DNA from: Trueperaceae bacterium
Lineage (GTDB): Bacteria; Deinococcota; Deinococci; Deinococcales; Trueperaceae
Direction of reading: 5' to 3'
DNA length: 64,000 bases
Assembly: GCA_965214405.1 (NCBI GenBank)
Contig: OZ243956.1
Coordinates: forward strand, 2,496,001 to 2,560,000
Both the position numbers and the translations under genes were made by a program. Shown here piece after piece: positions 52,861 through 63,086 of the stretch (position 1 is its first letter; the number at the start of each line of letters is the position of its first letter). A model generated the notes under the pieces. That model saw only the letters and a list, made by a program, of their open reading frames with translations. It was not told where the DNA came from and did no database searches.

Positions 52861-53204
52861 CGGTACACCCGTGGCCTCTCGTTCGCTGGTGCGCTAACGG
52901 CTTAAGGGGTCGCGCCAAACCCGTCCATCCTCAAAGCACGAACCCCCACGCAGCTAACGCACATAGTATTGTCAGACTATTCAACATGCTCACGAGCGTC
53001 ATATAGAACGTGTGTTGCGTCAAGTTTTCATCGTAGCACACGCTGAGATTTTTGTGTGAAATGTCTCTTTCGCCGCTTTCTTAGCGCGGCTTTACGCCGC
53101 CGTCACGCTTCTCATGGCCCCGCGCTGATAGGCTGACACCATGTCGAGTGGTGTGCTGAAGTCCGCTATAGCCAGCGTGCCGAGGTTGATCCGTTGAGGC
53201 TAAT

Positions 53205-53765
53205 ATGCTGAGGCTGTCTCTTATCGCCTTGGGCGCGGTAGTTATCACGCTCCTGGTGCTCGCGCTCCTGCCACGGCGAGAGCGCGTGGTGCCGGGGGAG
53301 GATATCGTTTTAGACGACGCCCAGGTCACGCTCTATCCGCAAGCCGACCCCGAGGCGGTCTGGCACTTTCGCTCTCAAAGAGTGGACTACAACCCGACGA
53401 GCCGCGAGTCGGTTCTTTATGACTTAGCAGATAGCGAACGCGTCGTGGACGGAGAAACGGATTTTACGCTGCAATCGGACGAAGTGACCATCGACGCGCA
53501 AGACAACCTGCGGGGCGAACAGATTTTGGTGCATCTTCTCGAGTCGAATTGGGACTTAGACATGCAGGCAAAAGACGGTAACACGGTGCTTATTGACCAG
53601 CAGCAGGGTAGATTCTTCGTGCCCGTGCTCGACTTCGGCGGCACCGGTCTTAGAGAAAATCATGCCGAAAACGCGAGCATGAATTTTGACTTGAGTGACT
53701 TTAAGACCGACTGCAGAGACGCGTTTTGCTTTAACGAGTTGGAGGACAGCGGCTCGAGCCGGTAA
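53205..53765 (+). CDS. LptC-like membrane-anchored beta-jellyroll protein
   Basis: Single N-terminal TM, beta-rich; first gene of an operon with LptA-like genes. Confidence 0.55.
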   Translation: MLRLSLIALGAVVITLLVLALLPRRERVVPGEDIVLDDAQVTLYPQADPEAVWHFRSQRVDYNPTSRESVLYDLADSERVVDGETDFTLQSDEVTIDAQDNLRGEQILVHLLESNWDLDMQAKDGNTVLIDQQQGRFFVPVLDFGGTGLRENHAENASMNFDLSDFKTDCRDAFCFNELEDSGSSR

Positions 53766-53779
53766 TCCTAAGGAGCGTT

Positions 53780-54697
53780 ATGTTCAGACGACCCAAATCT
53801 TTTCTTTTTACGGTTTTTCTTGTTCTCGCCCTCGCGTTCGCGCAGTCAGAGGAGCGCATCATTAGGATAGACTTTAGCGGCGGCTCGCAAAGCGCCCCCG
53901 ACTTGCGCTACGGCCCCTTCGTCTACACCCACCCCGACCCCGAAGGCATCGTCGCCACGGTTTCGAACCTCACCATCTACGCCCAAAACGCCGAACTCGC
54001 CGCGCCCGAGGGCGTGCTTATCGCGGAGGCCGAGGGGCAGCGCACGGCCTCGTTTACCGACGGGGTGCGGGTGGCGCGGGGGCGCTTGGAGGCCAATGGC
54101 CCCGGCCTCGTCTACAGCGAAACGACGGGCTTGGGCGTGATGGAAGGCCCCGCCGCCATCGTCGTCGCGCCCACCGAAGAAGGCGACAACCCCGTCAACA
54201 TCGGCGCGGACGAGGTCACCTTCGACGTAGACACCGACGTGAGCACGAGCCGGGGCAACGTCACGCTTCAAAACGGCAACCAGAGCGCCACCGCCGACGA
54301 ACTCGTGTTTGAAGAGGACCGCAACCTCGCCAAACTCACCAGCGAGGGGGCGCAGGTCACAGTCACGCGGCAAAAGGACGACGGCGACACCCTGACCATC
54401 ACCGCCGACGACACGCGCGCCCTGACGGAGGAGGATAGGCTGCTCTCGAGGGGCAGCGTCACCACCGTAGACGGCGACATCACCTCCACGGGCGATGTGG
54501 TGTGTTTTGACGACGCCACTTCTCAGGCTGAAATTATCGGCAACCCGGCGGTTTCGGTAAACGCGGCGCAGGGCATTACCCTGTCGGGCGCGAGACTGTT
54601 GCAGCGCACAGACATTGACGTGGTCGAGGTCATTGACGCGTCTCAGCCGAGCAACTGTGATGAGGCAGCCTTTAGCCTCACGAGCGAAGCGCAGTAG
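53780..54697 (+). CDS. LptA/OstA family protein
   Basis: Signal peptide; repeated A.F..GV.V / G.V.L..G...A.AD.L strands. Confidence 0.7.
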   Translation: MFRRPKSFLFTVFLVLALAFAQSEERIIRIDFSGGSQSAPDLRYGPFVYTHPDPEGIVATVSNLTIYAQNAELAAPEGVLIAEAEGQRTASFTDGVRVARGRLEANGPGLVYSETTGLGVMEGPAAIVVAPTEEGDNPVNIGADEVTFDVDTDVSTSRGNVTLQNGNQSATADELVFEEDRNLAKLTSEGAQVTVTRQKDDGDTLTITADDTRALTEEDRLLSRGSVTTVDGDITSTGDVVCFDDATSQAEIIGNPAVSVNAAQGITLSGARLLQRTDIDVVEVIDASQPSNCDEAAFSLTSEAQ

Positions 54698-54715
54698 GCG
54701 TTATCATGAGGTAGC

Positions 54716-55639
54716 GTGATAAAACCTCTGCACATCCTTAAAGCCACAGCGATAATTTTGGTGGTCCTATGCGTGTGGGTTGGGGGCTCGAGCCTCGCCC
54801 AAGACACCACGCAAGAAACTGCCCAAGAAGCGCCCGACCAGCGCCCCACGCTGACTATCCAACGCGAGGGCGACGACCCCATCCAGGTGATTCAGAACGC
54901 GGAGAGCGCCGCGGGCGCGCGGTTCATCCCCGGTAACGGTAACTGCAAAGACGACGCCACCGTCTCCACCTTTCTCGCGCCCGCGCCGGGTTTTGTCGAG
55001 ATGCTCATCAACGACATGCGAATTACCTCGACGGTTGCGTTAGTCGAGAAGCCTAAAGCGGAGAATGGTGGCGGTAGCAGGGGAGGTAGCGGCGGGGCCG
55101 GTCAGACCAATGAGTCAGTCAACAACTCGAACGCCAACAATTCGAACAACGAGACCATCGAGATGTTTGGTGGTTCTTTGGACTTTAACGATACGTTGTG
55201 CCCCAAGAACGTCGAACGGAGCAGCGCCGCGGACGTGACCATCGAGCAGGGGCGCAGCACCACCAAGGGAACGCTGCTCAACTATGACAACGCCACGGGA
55301 GAGGGCGACTTGACGGGACCTGTTGCCCTCGAGCGCACCGCCGAAGGCGATTCCCCGGCTTTAAGCGTAAGCGCCACCGACGGCCTCACCATCAACGCGG
55401 ACGAGAACGTGAGCACCTTTCGCGGCGGCGTCCAGACCACGTCTGAGGGGCGCTCGAGCAGCGCGGACACGCTCGAGTACAACGAGGAAGCGGGCATCGC
55501 TATTCTGCGCGGCTCCCCCGCCCGCAGCCAGGAGGGTGACGACGTGGTCGAGGGTAGCGTCATCGAGTACGATATCAACTCGAACGACGTGGTGGTCAAG
55601 GAGAAGGTCAGAGGAACGTTTGAATACAACCGCGAGTGA
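54716..55639 (+). CDS. LptA/OstA family protein
   Basis: Signal peptide; FRGGV....R.S.AD.LEY.E..G.A.L.G.P....G...V.G..I.Y. Confidence 0.72.
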   Translation: MIKPLHILKATAIILVVLCVWVGGSSLAQDTTQETAQEAPDQRPTLTIQREGDDPIQVIQNAESAAGARFIPGNGNCKDDATVSTFLAPAPGFVEMLINDMRITSTVALVEKPKAENGGGSRGGSGGAGQTNESVNNSNANNSNNETIEMFGGSLDFNDTLCPKNVERSSAADVTIEQGRSTTKGTLLNYDNATGEGDLTGPVALERTAEGDSPALSVSATDGLTINADENVSTFRGGVQTTSEGRSSSADTLEYNEEAGIAILRGSPARSQEGDDVVEGSVIEYDINSNDVVVKEKVRGTFEYNRE

Positions 55640-55839
55640 GGTCAGGGCGAAGATAGTCGGGTGAGCAGAAAGTTGCATAGGAAGAAGAGGCTCCTTAGGC
55701 TTGGCGCTTGAGGAGAACGCTCTTACATTGACAAAAGAAATTGACAAAAGAAAGCGAGAGGCCTCGACAACCTTTCAAAGTGACATGCAGCCCCAGTCAA
55801 CGCTCAGGGTTAAAGTTGGGTACGAAAAATGATCGTGAG

Positions 55840-56223
55840 TCAGCGTTTGGGAAGGTGCAGCCGCAGGAGACCTTCGCGCAGGTGGGCGCTGCCCCGCTCC
55901 TCGGCGACCTCGGCGGGCAGGGTGACGGTGCGTTGGAAGTGACCGCCGGGGCGCTCTGACACGAGAACGTCCGCGTGCTCTTCCGGCGGCGCGCGCCGCC
56001 CCGCGACCGTCACGTCCCGGCCCTGCACGGCCACCTCGAGGTCTCGCTGTAACACGCCAGGTACTTCAACCACGAGTTCAAAGGCGTCGCCGAAGTCGAG
56101 TAAATCGACTCTGGGTGAGCCTTCTTCACCGATACCCAGGGTGTGACGCAGTTCGCCCACCCGGTCACGAAGCTCGAGGAGGCGTTGAAGATCGCCTCCG
56201 GGGTTGCGCTTGTCCAGTTCCAT
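55840..56223 (-). CDS. Hsp20/alpha-crystallin small heat shock protein
   Basis: PRVDL, EVPGV, ERPGGHFQRTVTLP, A.LREGLL.L.LPK. Confidence 0.9.
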   Translation of the reverse strand: MELDKRNPGGDLQRLLELRDRVGELRHTLGIGEEGSPRVDLLDFGDAFELVVEVPGVLQRDLEVAVQGRDVTVAGRRAPPEEHADVLVSERPGGHFQRTVTLPAEVAEERGSAHLREGLLRLHLPKR

Positions 56224-56314
56224 AGGGCCGAGTGTAGCATCCCCTCACGCGAGCACTGTTACCACGAGCACTCTAAAATTGGGGAGACGCTAAAATAATG
56301 CTTGTGACGCACCC

Positions 56315-57211
56315 GTGACCCAAACTATACCCGTTCTCGCCGGTCCCACCGCCTCGGGAAAAAGCGCGCTGGCCCTGAATTTTGCTGAAACTTTTCCACT
56401 AGAAATCATCTCCGCCGACGCCATGATGGTCTACCGCGGGATGAATATTGGCACGGCCAAGCCCACACGTGAGGAGCGGGCGAGGGTGCCGCATCACCTT
56501 ATCGACGTGGTGAATCCTGACGAACTCTTCAACGTCGCGGATTTTGTTCGTTTGGCGGAGCAGGCCGTTAATGAGGTGCTAGCGCGGGATGCGCTGCCCC
56601 TCGTGGTCGGCGGCACGGGCTTTTATATCCGCGCTCTCTCAGAAGGGTTGCCGACGGTGCCCCCCGCAAGCCCCGCGCGGCAGGCGGAACTGTGGGAGGT
56701 TTTTGAGCGTGAGGGTTTGGAGCCGTTGCAGCGGGAACTTCACGCCTTTAGCCCTGAAGACGCCAGACGCGCCCAACGCAACCCGCGGCGGGTGGTGCGG
56801 GCGCTCGAGATCATCCGCCTAACCAACCGCCCACCGAGCAGCTTCGGGCGGACGACACCCCGCTTTGCTTACGACAAACGGGTCTTGCTACCGTCTGTGG
56901 GGGTGCTCGAGCCGCGCATCAAAGCGCGCACCGAACGGATGTTCCAGCAGGGTTTGGTGGACGAGGTGAGGACGTTGCTAGAACGCTTTCCCAGCAGGCC
57001 GACCGCGGTGCAGGCTATCGGCTACAAGGAGGTCACCACGTTTTTAGAAGGACGTGCGTCTTTAGATGAAACGAAAGACGCCGTGACGTTGGCGACGACG
57101 CAATACGCCAAGCGGCAACGGACGTGGTTTAGACGAGAACCCGGCGCGGTGCTTGTGCCTCACCTTGGTCAAGAGGTAAAAGAGGAGCTTGTGGGGTGGC
57201 TCGAGCCCTAA
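56315..57211 (+). CDS. miaA: tRNA dimethylallyltransferase
   Basis: GPTASGKS, SADAMMVYRGMNIGTAKP, VGGTGFY, AIGYKE, YAKRQRTWF. Confidence 0.97.
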   Translation: MTQTIPVLAGPTASGKSALALNFAETFPLEIISADAMMVYRGMNIGTAKPTREERARVPHHLIDVVNPDELFNVADFVRLAEQAVNEVLARDALPLVVGGTGFYIRALSEGLPTVPPASPARQAELWEVFEREGLEPLQRELHAFSPEDARRAQRNPRRVVRALEIIRLTNRPPSSFGRTTPRFAYDKRVLLPSVGVLEPRIKARTERMFQQGLVDEVRTLLERFPSRPTAVQAIGYKEVTTFLEGRASLDETKDAVTLATTQYAKRQRTWFRREPGAVLVPHLGQEVKEELVGWLEP

Positions 57212-57222
57212 AACGAATAACC

Positions 57223-57687
57223 CTAACGAATCCTTTTACCCTCGAACGACGCGTGCGTTTCTAAGTAGCGCAGCCAGCCGCGCAGGGTGAGGGGGCCAAA
57301 CTGGTTGTGTGGGACCGTCAGAGCGGGGTCAACGCCCTCTTGGGAAAGCTTGTCGGCCAGCTCGAGCGTCTCCCCACGCGCCCCTGAAAACTCCTCCTGG
57401 AGCGTGCGCCAGTCGGTATCCGGCGCGGGTTTGTAGGCGCGGCTCTCGTCCGTCACGAAGGGCTCACCCAGCCCCACCCTGAGCCGCCGCTGTCCCCACC
57501 GTTCGATGCTGATGATGTGGCGCAGTTTCCTGCGGTTCTTGTCGCTATCTTCCGCGCCCGCAAAACGCCGCGCCAGCCCCTCGCCCGACGTCTGCAATGT
57601 CGCGGTCAACTCGCCTAAGCTGCGGCTGCTGGCGGGCCGCTCGAGCATCAGGTATCTAAAAAGACGTGAAGCCGTGTTTCTGATCAT
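57223..57687 (-). CDS. DinB-like protein
   Basis: LRHIISIERW, PHNQFGPLTLRGWLRYL..H. Confidence 0.7.
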   Translation of the reverse strand: MIRNTASRLFRYLMLERPASSRSLGELTATLQTSGEGLARRFAGAEDSDKNRRKLRHIISIERWGQRRLRVGLGEPFVTDESRAYKPAPDTDWRTLQEEFSGARGETLELADKLSQEGVDPALTVPHNQFGPLTLRGWLRYLETHASFEGKRIR

Positions 57688-57786
57688 GGTCTCCTCGGAT
57701 GCACGTTACCCTTATATTTAACGCTTTACCGCGTCTCAGTGAATAGTCACATCAAGGCGCGACCATCTCGCGCCACGAAAACGCGT

Positions 57787-58944
57787 TTAACCAGGTGCTT
57801 CCACCGCGTCTTCGGGTCTGTCCGCCTTGTCGTCTCCCCGACCCTTTTTCTTGAAAAAGCCCCGGACGCGCTCGAGTAGAGTCTCGTGCGCCTCGACCCG
57901 CTCGCCCACCTCCTCGGCGTAGGCCTCGAGCAGGTCACGCGCCTTGGGGCTAAGCTTTTTGGGCACCTCGACCTGCGCGCTTATCACAAGGTCGCCCGTG
58001 CCGACCTGCCGGAGGCGGGGCATCCCCTTGCCGCGCAAGCGAAACTCGGTGCCGGGTTGGGTGCCCGCGGGCACGTTGAGCACCTCGGGCTCGTCCATCG
58101 TCGGCACCTCAAAGGCGCAGCCCAGCGCGGCCTGCACCAGCCCGAGCGGGAGCCGGTAGTGGAGGTCGTCACCCTGCCGCGTAAAGTGTGGGTGGGCTTC
58201 TAACTCGGTATAGACGTACAGATCGCCGGACCGCCCGCCGTCCACGCCCGCGTTCCCCTCGCCCGTGAGGCGCAGCCGGTAGCCCCCGTCGATGCCCTTG
58301 GGCAGCCCCACCTCAACCTCGTCATCGACCCGCATCCGACCACTGCCTAAGCACTTGCCGCAGGGCGTGATGACGACTTCGCCCAGACCGTGGCACTGCG
58401 GGCACACCTGGTTAGTCACGACGGTGCCGAAGAATGACTGCGCCTGCGCGCGCACCGCGCCCGCGCCGCGGCAGGTCGGGCAGGTTTTGCGGCCCTCACT
58501 GCCCGGTTCCGCCCTCGAGCCCTCGCAGCGGTCGCAGACGGTAAAGCGCGAGACAGTCGTGGTCACCGTCGCCCCGACGCGCGCCTCCTCGAGCGTGATG
58601 CTAAGACGCGTCTCTAAATCCTCGCCGTCTTGACCCCGGCGCACCCGCGCGCCCGCACCCCCGCCGAAGCCGCCGCCAAAGACCGAGGCGAAAATGTCGA
58701 AGATGTCACCGCCCATGCCCACCTGCGGGTCGGCGGTGCCGTAGCGGTCGTAGCGGGCGCGCTTCTCGGGGTCCGAGAGCACCGCGTAGGCTTCGTTAAT
58801 CTTTTTGAACGTCTCCTCCGCCTCCGCGTCGCCGGGGTTGCGGTCCGGGTGGTACTGGAGCGCTAATCTGCGGTAGGACGTTTTTATGGTCGTCCCGTCG
58901 GCGTCTCGAGCCACTTTCAAAGTTTCGTAATAGTCTATCTTCAT
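57787..58944 (-). CDS. dnaJ: Chaperone DnaJ
   Basis: J-domain HPD, G/F region, four CxxCxGxG repeats. Confidence 0.97.
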   Translation of the reverse strand: MKIDYYETLKVARDADGTTIKTSYRRLALQYHPDRNPGDAEAEETFKKINEAYAVLSDPEKRARYDRYGTADPQVGMGGDIFDIFASVFGGGFGGGAGARVRRGQDGEDLETRLSITLEEARVGATVTTTVSRFTVCDRCEGSRAEPGSEGRKTCPTCRGAGAVRAQAQSFFGTVVTNQVCPQCHGLGEVVITPCGKCLGSGRMRVDDEVEVGLPKGIDGGYRLRLTGEGNAGVDGGRSGDLYVYTELEAHPHFTRQGDDLHYRLPLGLVQAALGCAFEVPTMDEPEVLNVPAGTQPGTEFRLRGKGMPRLRQVGTGDLVISAQVEVPKKLSPKARDLLEAYAEEVGERVEAHETLLERVRGFFKKKGRGDDKADRPEDAVEAPG

Positions 58945-59061
58945 CAAGTAAGCAGTATAACGAAGCCCCGCAAAAACGTTGTATAACACCGCTCAACTTT
59001 GCTGAGCACGGCTAAACAAGGCGCGGCGGGAGGGGAAGCGGGAAGGAAAGAAGTATCCGCG

Positions 59062-59454
59062 TCAGCCCTCACGTTTAAGCGCGCGCAGCTTCTCAGTCGC
59101 TTCGTCGGCTTTGATGTCTCCCTTCTCGAGCGCTTCCAAGATCTCTGTGCGCTCGCTTCGCACGTCCTCCAGGGGTTCGTACCCGAGCGCCTTGAGGAGC
59201 CCCTCGAAGCGCAAACGAATGGTGGGGTACGAGAGCCCCAGCACGCGCTCGACCTCTTTGAGGTTGCCGCGCACCTTGACGAAAAGCCGTAAAAACTCCA
59301 GATGCTCGGGCGGCAGAAGCGCGAACTCGTTGGGCGTAAAGCGCCCCTCGATGGTGATGCCGCTCTCCTTGGCCTCGAGCCGGGTAATCTCTAAGGGCTC
59401 GCCGGTCACGGGTGCGTGGGCGGGCATGGGCAGTTTCACTTTGGCGTCAGGCAT
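59062..59454 (-). CDS. DUF2089 family HTH protein with C-terminal SHOCT
   Basis: FVKVRGNLKEVERVLGLSYPTIR.R, ILEALEKGDI.ADEA. Confidence 0.85.
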   Translation of the reverse strand: MPDAKVKLPMPAHAPVTGEPLEITRLEAKESGITIEGRFTPNEFALLPPEHLEFLRLFVKVRGNLKEVERVLGLSYPTIRLRFEGLLKALGYEPLEDVRSERTEILEALEKGDIKADEATEKLRALKREG

Positions 59455-60361
59455 CCTCCACCGCCAGCTCCAGGTTACCTGCTGTCTGCTTGACTTCCAA
59501 ACTCGCGCGGCCCGCGCCGACTGCGCCGTGAAACCTGCCTCCGACGTAGTTGCGTCCGCGTTCGAAAACGAACGCGCCGCCCCTCGTCTCGACGCCCCCC
59601 ACCTTGACCTCGCCCGCTACGGTGACGCTCGAGCCCGGCAGAAAGCGAAGCTCGCCGTTGCCCGCCTTGAGCTCGAGTCGGTGTTCGCCTTCGGTCAACT
59701 TAAGTGACGCATCCAGGTTCCCCGCCTTCATGTCCAGTTGGATGCCGCCGAGCGCCCGCGCGTCCAGATTACCCGCCAGCATCTTGCCCTTTAAGAAGGG
59801 CACGTCGTAGAGGTCGACGTTACCACCCTTCATGTTGAGGGCAACGCCGTAACCCGCAGGCAACCTTAGCTCCACGCTTCTTTGATTCAAAAGGTTGTTC
59901 AAAAAGTCTTCCTTTCGAACCTGCCGCACCGCGTAATCCCTTCCCTCCTGCGTCAGCGTGACCTCGCCCTCCGTGGTGGGAACTTCTAGACGTTCATCGA
60001 CCCGGACCTCCAAATTGCCCGCGAACATGGTGACCCGAACCCAGCGCAGGCCGTTGGTAACATCCCCCTTAGTGTCCCCATTCGGTGAGGTTGCGCCGGG
60101 TGGAGGGGGCGGTGTTTCTCCCGGCGGTGCGGGCGGCGCGGGTGGCGCGAGGGGCGCGTTACCGGTTCCCTCCACCCTGTTTTCTTGTTTGTTCTCTCCT
60201 CGAGCGCCCTCTTCAGACGTAGCATCCGGATTAAGGTCTTCCGGATTGGTGACGACGTCCGCCTCGTCTTTGTCACCCAGCGCTTCCAAAAGCGCCTCGG
60301 CTTCCTCCGGACTGATTTTTCCCTCGTCCAACAGGGCTCTCACGCGGTCTTGTTCGCTCAT
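59447..60361 (-). CDS. SHOCT + Pro-rich linker + DUF4097/Toastrack-like beta-solenoid protein
   Basis: LLDEGKISPEEAEALLEAL; repeated MKAGNL/AGNL strands. Confidence 0.7.
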   Translation of the reverse strand: MSEQDRVRALLDEGKISPEEAEALLEALGDKDEADVVTNPEDLNPDATSEEGARGENKQENRVEGTGNAPLAPPAPPAPPGETPPPPPGATSPNGDTKGDVTNGLRWVRVTMFAGNLEVRVDERLEVPTTEGEVTLTQEGRDYAVRQVRKEDFLNNLLNQRSVELRLPAGYGVALNMKGGNVDLYDVPFLKGKMLAGNLDARALGGIQLDMKAGNLDASLKLTEGEHRLELKAGNGELRFLPGSSVTVAGEVKVGGVETRGGAFVFERGRNYVGGRFHGAVGAGRASLEVKQTAGNLELAVEDA

Positions 60362-60549
60362 AACGTCCTCGCTTTCCTAGAGGGTGCTTGCGGCTCGAGC
60401 CGCTCCGCCAACCCGCGCAAAAGCGCCGCCGAACGCTCCCGCCAGGATTTGCCTATAATTCCCTTACACAAACGCGCCACCTCCGCCTCACGCCTGTAAC
60501 GCCAACACTTTTCACGCGCTTCCCTCTCCCCTGTTGAATTTTGGAACAT
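60358..60549 (-). CDS. Small hypothetical protein, first gene of the DUF2089 operon
   Basis: AGGAGG RBS; ATGA overlap; C-terminal LLRGLAERLEP. Confidence 0.55.
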   Translation of the reverse strand: MFQNSTGEREAREKCWRYRREAEVARLCKGIIGKSWRERSAALLRGLAERLEPQAPSRKARTL

Positions 60550-60796
60550 CGCATACCTCCTTGCTAAGATACTAACGAGTAGTTTACATTTTGTCAAGCT
60601 TTGTTTTATATTTAACTAATTTTTTATCAACTAATTTTACATCTCTATTCTTTTTAATGATGAATTATAACTTGATGATTCGGGATAGCCGGATACTCGC
60701 AAGCGTCCTCCCTTTGTATGCTTCACGTGAATTTACAGCCTCTCCCCTACCTATACTCGCATTGAACAGAACTTACGCACTTTTGAGAGGAGCAAG

Positions 60797-61333
60797 ATGA
60801 AAACTCTGCTGTGGATAATGACGCTTTGTTTTATGACGGGTGGCGCTTTGGCGCAGGACACGGGTGGCGCGACGGGGGGTGGCGCGGACGTGCCCGCGAC
60901 GGTGGTCGATGTTGCCTCGAGTAACCCGGACTTCAGTACGCTGACCGTGGCGCTGTTACAGGCGGATTTGGTGGATGTGCTGAGCGGCGAGGGACCCTTT
61001 ACCGTTTTCGCCCCGACGAATGAGGCGTTTGCGGCGCTGCTCGAGGCGCTAAACCTCACTCCCGAAGAGCTTTTTGCGCGGGGTGACTTGAGCGATATTC
61101 TCACCTATCATGTGGTTCCCGGTAAGCTTAATGCCGAAGACATTGTGGCGGAAGTGGAGGCCGGAGGAGGTACGGCGGCGCTAGGAACCGCCCACGCAAC
61201 CGCTATCAACGTCACGGTGATGGACGGTGAAATCGTCATCAACGACAGCGCCAGGGTCATAGCGGCAGATACCGAAGCGGGTAACGGCGTTGTGCATGTC
61301 ATTGATGTTGTTCTTGTACCGCCCTCAGAGTGA
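60797..61333 (+). CDS. Fasciclin domain protein
   Basis: GPFTVFAPTNEAF, ILTYHVV, NGVVHVIDVVL. Confidence 0.93.
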   Translation: MKTLLWIMTLCFMTGGALAQDTGGATGGGADVPATVVDVASSNPDFSTLTVALLQADLVDVLSGEGPFTVFAPTNEAFAALLEALNLTPEELFARGDLSDILTYHVVPGKLNAEDIVAEVEAGGGTAALGTAHATAINVTVMDGEIVINDSARVIAADTEAGNGVVHVIDVVLVPPSE

Positions 61334-61428
61334 GCCGCCATCCGGGATAAGGAGCACCTGATCTAACGAACACGTTTATAGGGAACGGTTGTGGGTTCTA
61401 CCCCTACCTTTCGGGTACGCTGTAGCGC

Positions 61429-62334
61429 ATGGCCGCTCTTCAAACCGCCCTCGAGGTGGTGTTCCCCACCTTTTTCTTGATTGGCTTGGGTGCTCTTGCT
61501 GATAGGGTTTTGCTCGAGCTAAACATGGAGACGTTGGCGCGGCTCAGCGTCTATTTTCTCATTCCCGCGCTCGTGTTTAACGCCGTAGCGCAGACGGCGC
61601 TGAGTCTGGGGGCGGCTTCTCTCATTGCAGTTGCGTACCTGCTCTACCTGCTTATTCTTGGGTTCGTGTCGGCCTTTGGCTCAGTGGGCCTGAGCGCCGC
61701 ACAGACGCGGGGCGTGGTCGTAACCAGCCTTTTCGGCAACACGGGCAACATGGGACTGCCTATTACCCTTTTCGCTTATGGGGTAGCGGGTTTTGAACGC
61801 GCTGTGATTATCTTCGTGGTGTCGCTCGTCGTTATGTTTGTCATCGGGCCGACCGTGCTTTCCGGAACCCGCGCGTCCCTGGGTAGCAGGGTTAAAGAAG
61901 CGCTCAAGCTCCCCCCTATCTGGGCGGCCTTGGCCGGGCTGGTTGTCAACGTGACGCACCTGAATCTTCCTGAAAGTGTCACGCAGGGCGTATCCCTTTT
62001 GGGAAGCGCCGCCATCCCCATCATGCTGCTGTCGCTGGGCATCCAGATGCACCGCTCCTGGGTGTGGGCCGTAGGAGAGGCCGCCGTACGCAGCTTCGGC
62101 CTGAGACTGCTGATAGGCCCGTTTATCGCCTACGGTGTGGGGCGGGTGCTCAGCCTACAGGCACTGGACCTGAAGGTCCTGGTTCTCAGCGCCGCGATGC
62201 CCGCCGCGGTCACGATGTTTGTGATTGCTGTGGAGGTTGGAGGTGACTACGAGGGCGTGGCGCGTTCTGTAATTGCCACGACGGTAGGTTCATTTGCCGC
62301 CATTACAGCCGTGATTTTTCTCTTGCCCGCATAA
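61429..62334 (+). CDS. AEC family transporter
   Basis: FGNTGNMGLP, AIPIMLLSLG, AMPAAV. Confidence 0.88.
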   Translation: MAALQTALEVVFPTFFLIGLGALADRVLLELNMETLARLSVYFLIPALVFNAVAQTALSLGAASLIAVAYLLYLLILGFVSAFGSVGLSAAQTRGVVVTSLFGNTGNMGLPITLFAYGVAGFERAVIIFVVSLVVMFVIGPTVLSGTRASLGSRVKEALKLPPIWAALAGLVVNVTHLNLPESVTQGVSLLGSAAIPIMLLSLGIQMHRSWVWAVGEAAVRSFGLRLLIGPFIAYGVGRVLSLQALDLKVLVLSAAMPAAVTMFVIAVEVGGDYEGVARSVIATTVGSFAAITAVIFLLPA

Positions 62335-62464
62335 TCAAAAGCGTGTTTTTTATGTTAAGGGTATATGTATTTTGCTTCTCTATGCAATAAAGAGTAGGCA
62401 AGAAAGAACAGGCAAAAAAGCTGTAGAGACGAACACTATCCTCATCAACCCCACAGTAACAGCG

Positions 62465-62902
62465 CTAGAGCTTACAACCGGGGCAAACGCCCTTCAGCTC
62501 GAGCGTCGGTTCCTCTACCTGCCAGCCGGACGCCGCCTCTGCATGTTTTTTAAGAAACTTGGCTGGCGAACCGCCCTCGACCTCGGGAATGGGCAAGTCG
62601 ACCACAGCGCCACATCCCTTGCAAAGAAGGTGGTGGTGCGGCTTGACGTTGCTGTCATAGAGCGCTTCTCCGCCAACGCCGCTAAACTCACGAATCAGCC
62701 CCGCACCGCGTAGTACACCCAAGTTGAGATAGACTGTGGATAAACTTAGGTCTTCGCCGCGCTGCTTGAGTTCGAGGTAAAGCTGCTCCGCGCTGATGTG
62801 CATATTACGTTCACCAAACAAGCTCAAGATAACCTCTCGAGGCTTGCTGTAGCGAAGCCTATGCACTTTAAGGGTAGTTCTAATCTTCTCCTTATCGTTC
62901 AT
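62465..62902 (-). CDS. Fur family transcriptional regulator
   Basis: HISAE, LSTVYLNL, HHHLLCKGCG, C-terminal CPGC. Confidence 0.9.
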   Translation of the reverse strand: MNDKEKIRTTLKVHRLRYSKPREVILSLFGERNMHISAEQLYLELKQRGEDLSLSTVYLNLGVLRGAGLIREFSGVGGEALYDSNVKPHHHLLCKGCGAVVDLPIPEVEGGSPAKFLKKHAEAASGWQVEEPTLELKGVCPGCKL

Positions 62903-63086
62903 ACTTTCTAAACTGCCTTCCTCAACGCTGCTCTATGTACCGCTTCATACCGTTAACGGTACTGCAATACCTTTTTATAGAGTTAAGCATAACACAAAAC
63001 TCTCTTTGTCGGAATAACTCCGAAATTTCAAACTAGAGATTCATCGATAAAGATTCCAACACTCCGGAGCAGTGTAATGATTCTGT

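Noticed and set aside
53121..53179. Possible structured RNA (cgcgctg/cagcgtg, acacca/tggtgt) upstream of the lptC-like gene
   Set aside because: Short helices in GC-rich DNA and no recognisable riboswitch motif; not distinguishable from chance by eye.
56265..56293. CIRCE-like element upstream of hsp20 (GAGCACTC...GACGCTAA)
   Set aside because: The spacing is not 9 nt and the right arm matches poorly.
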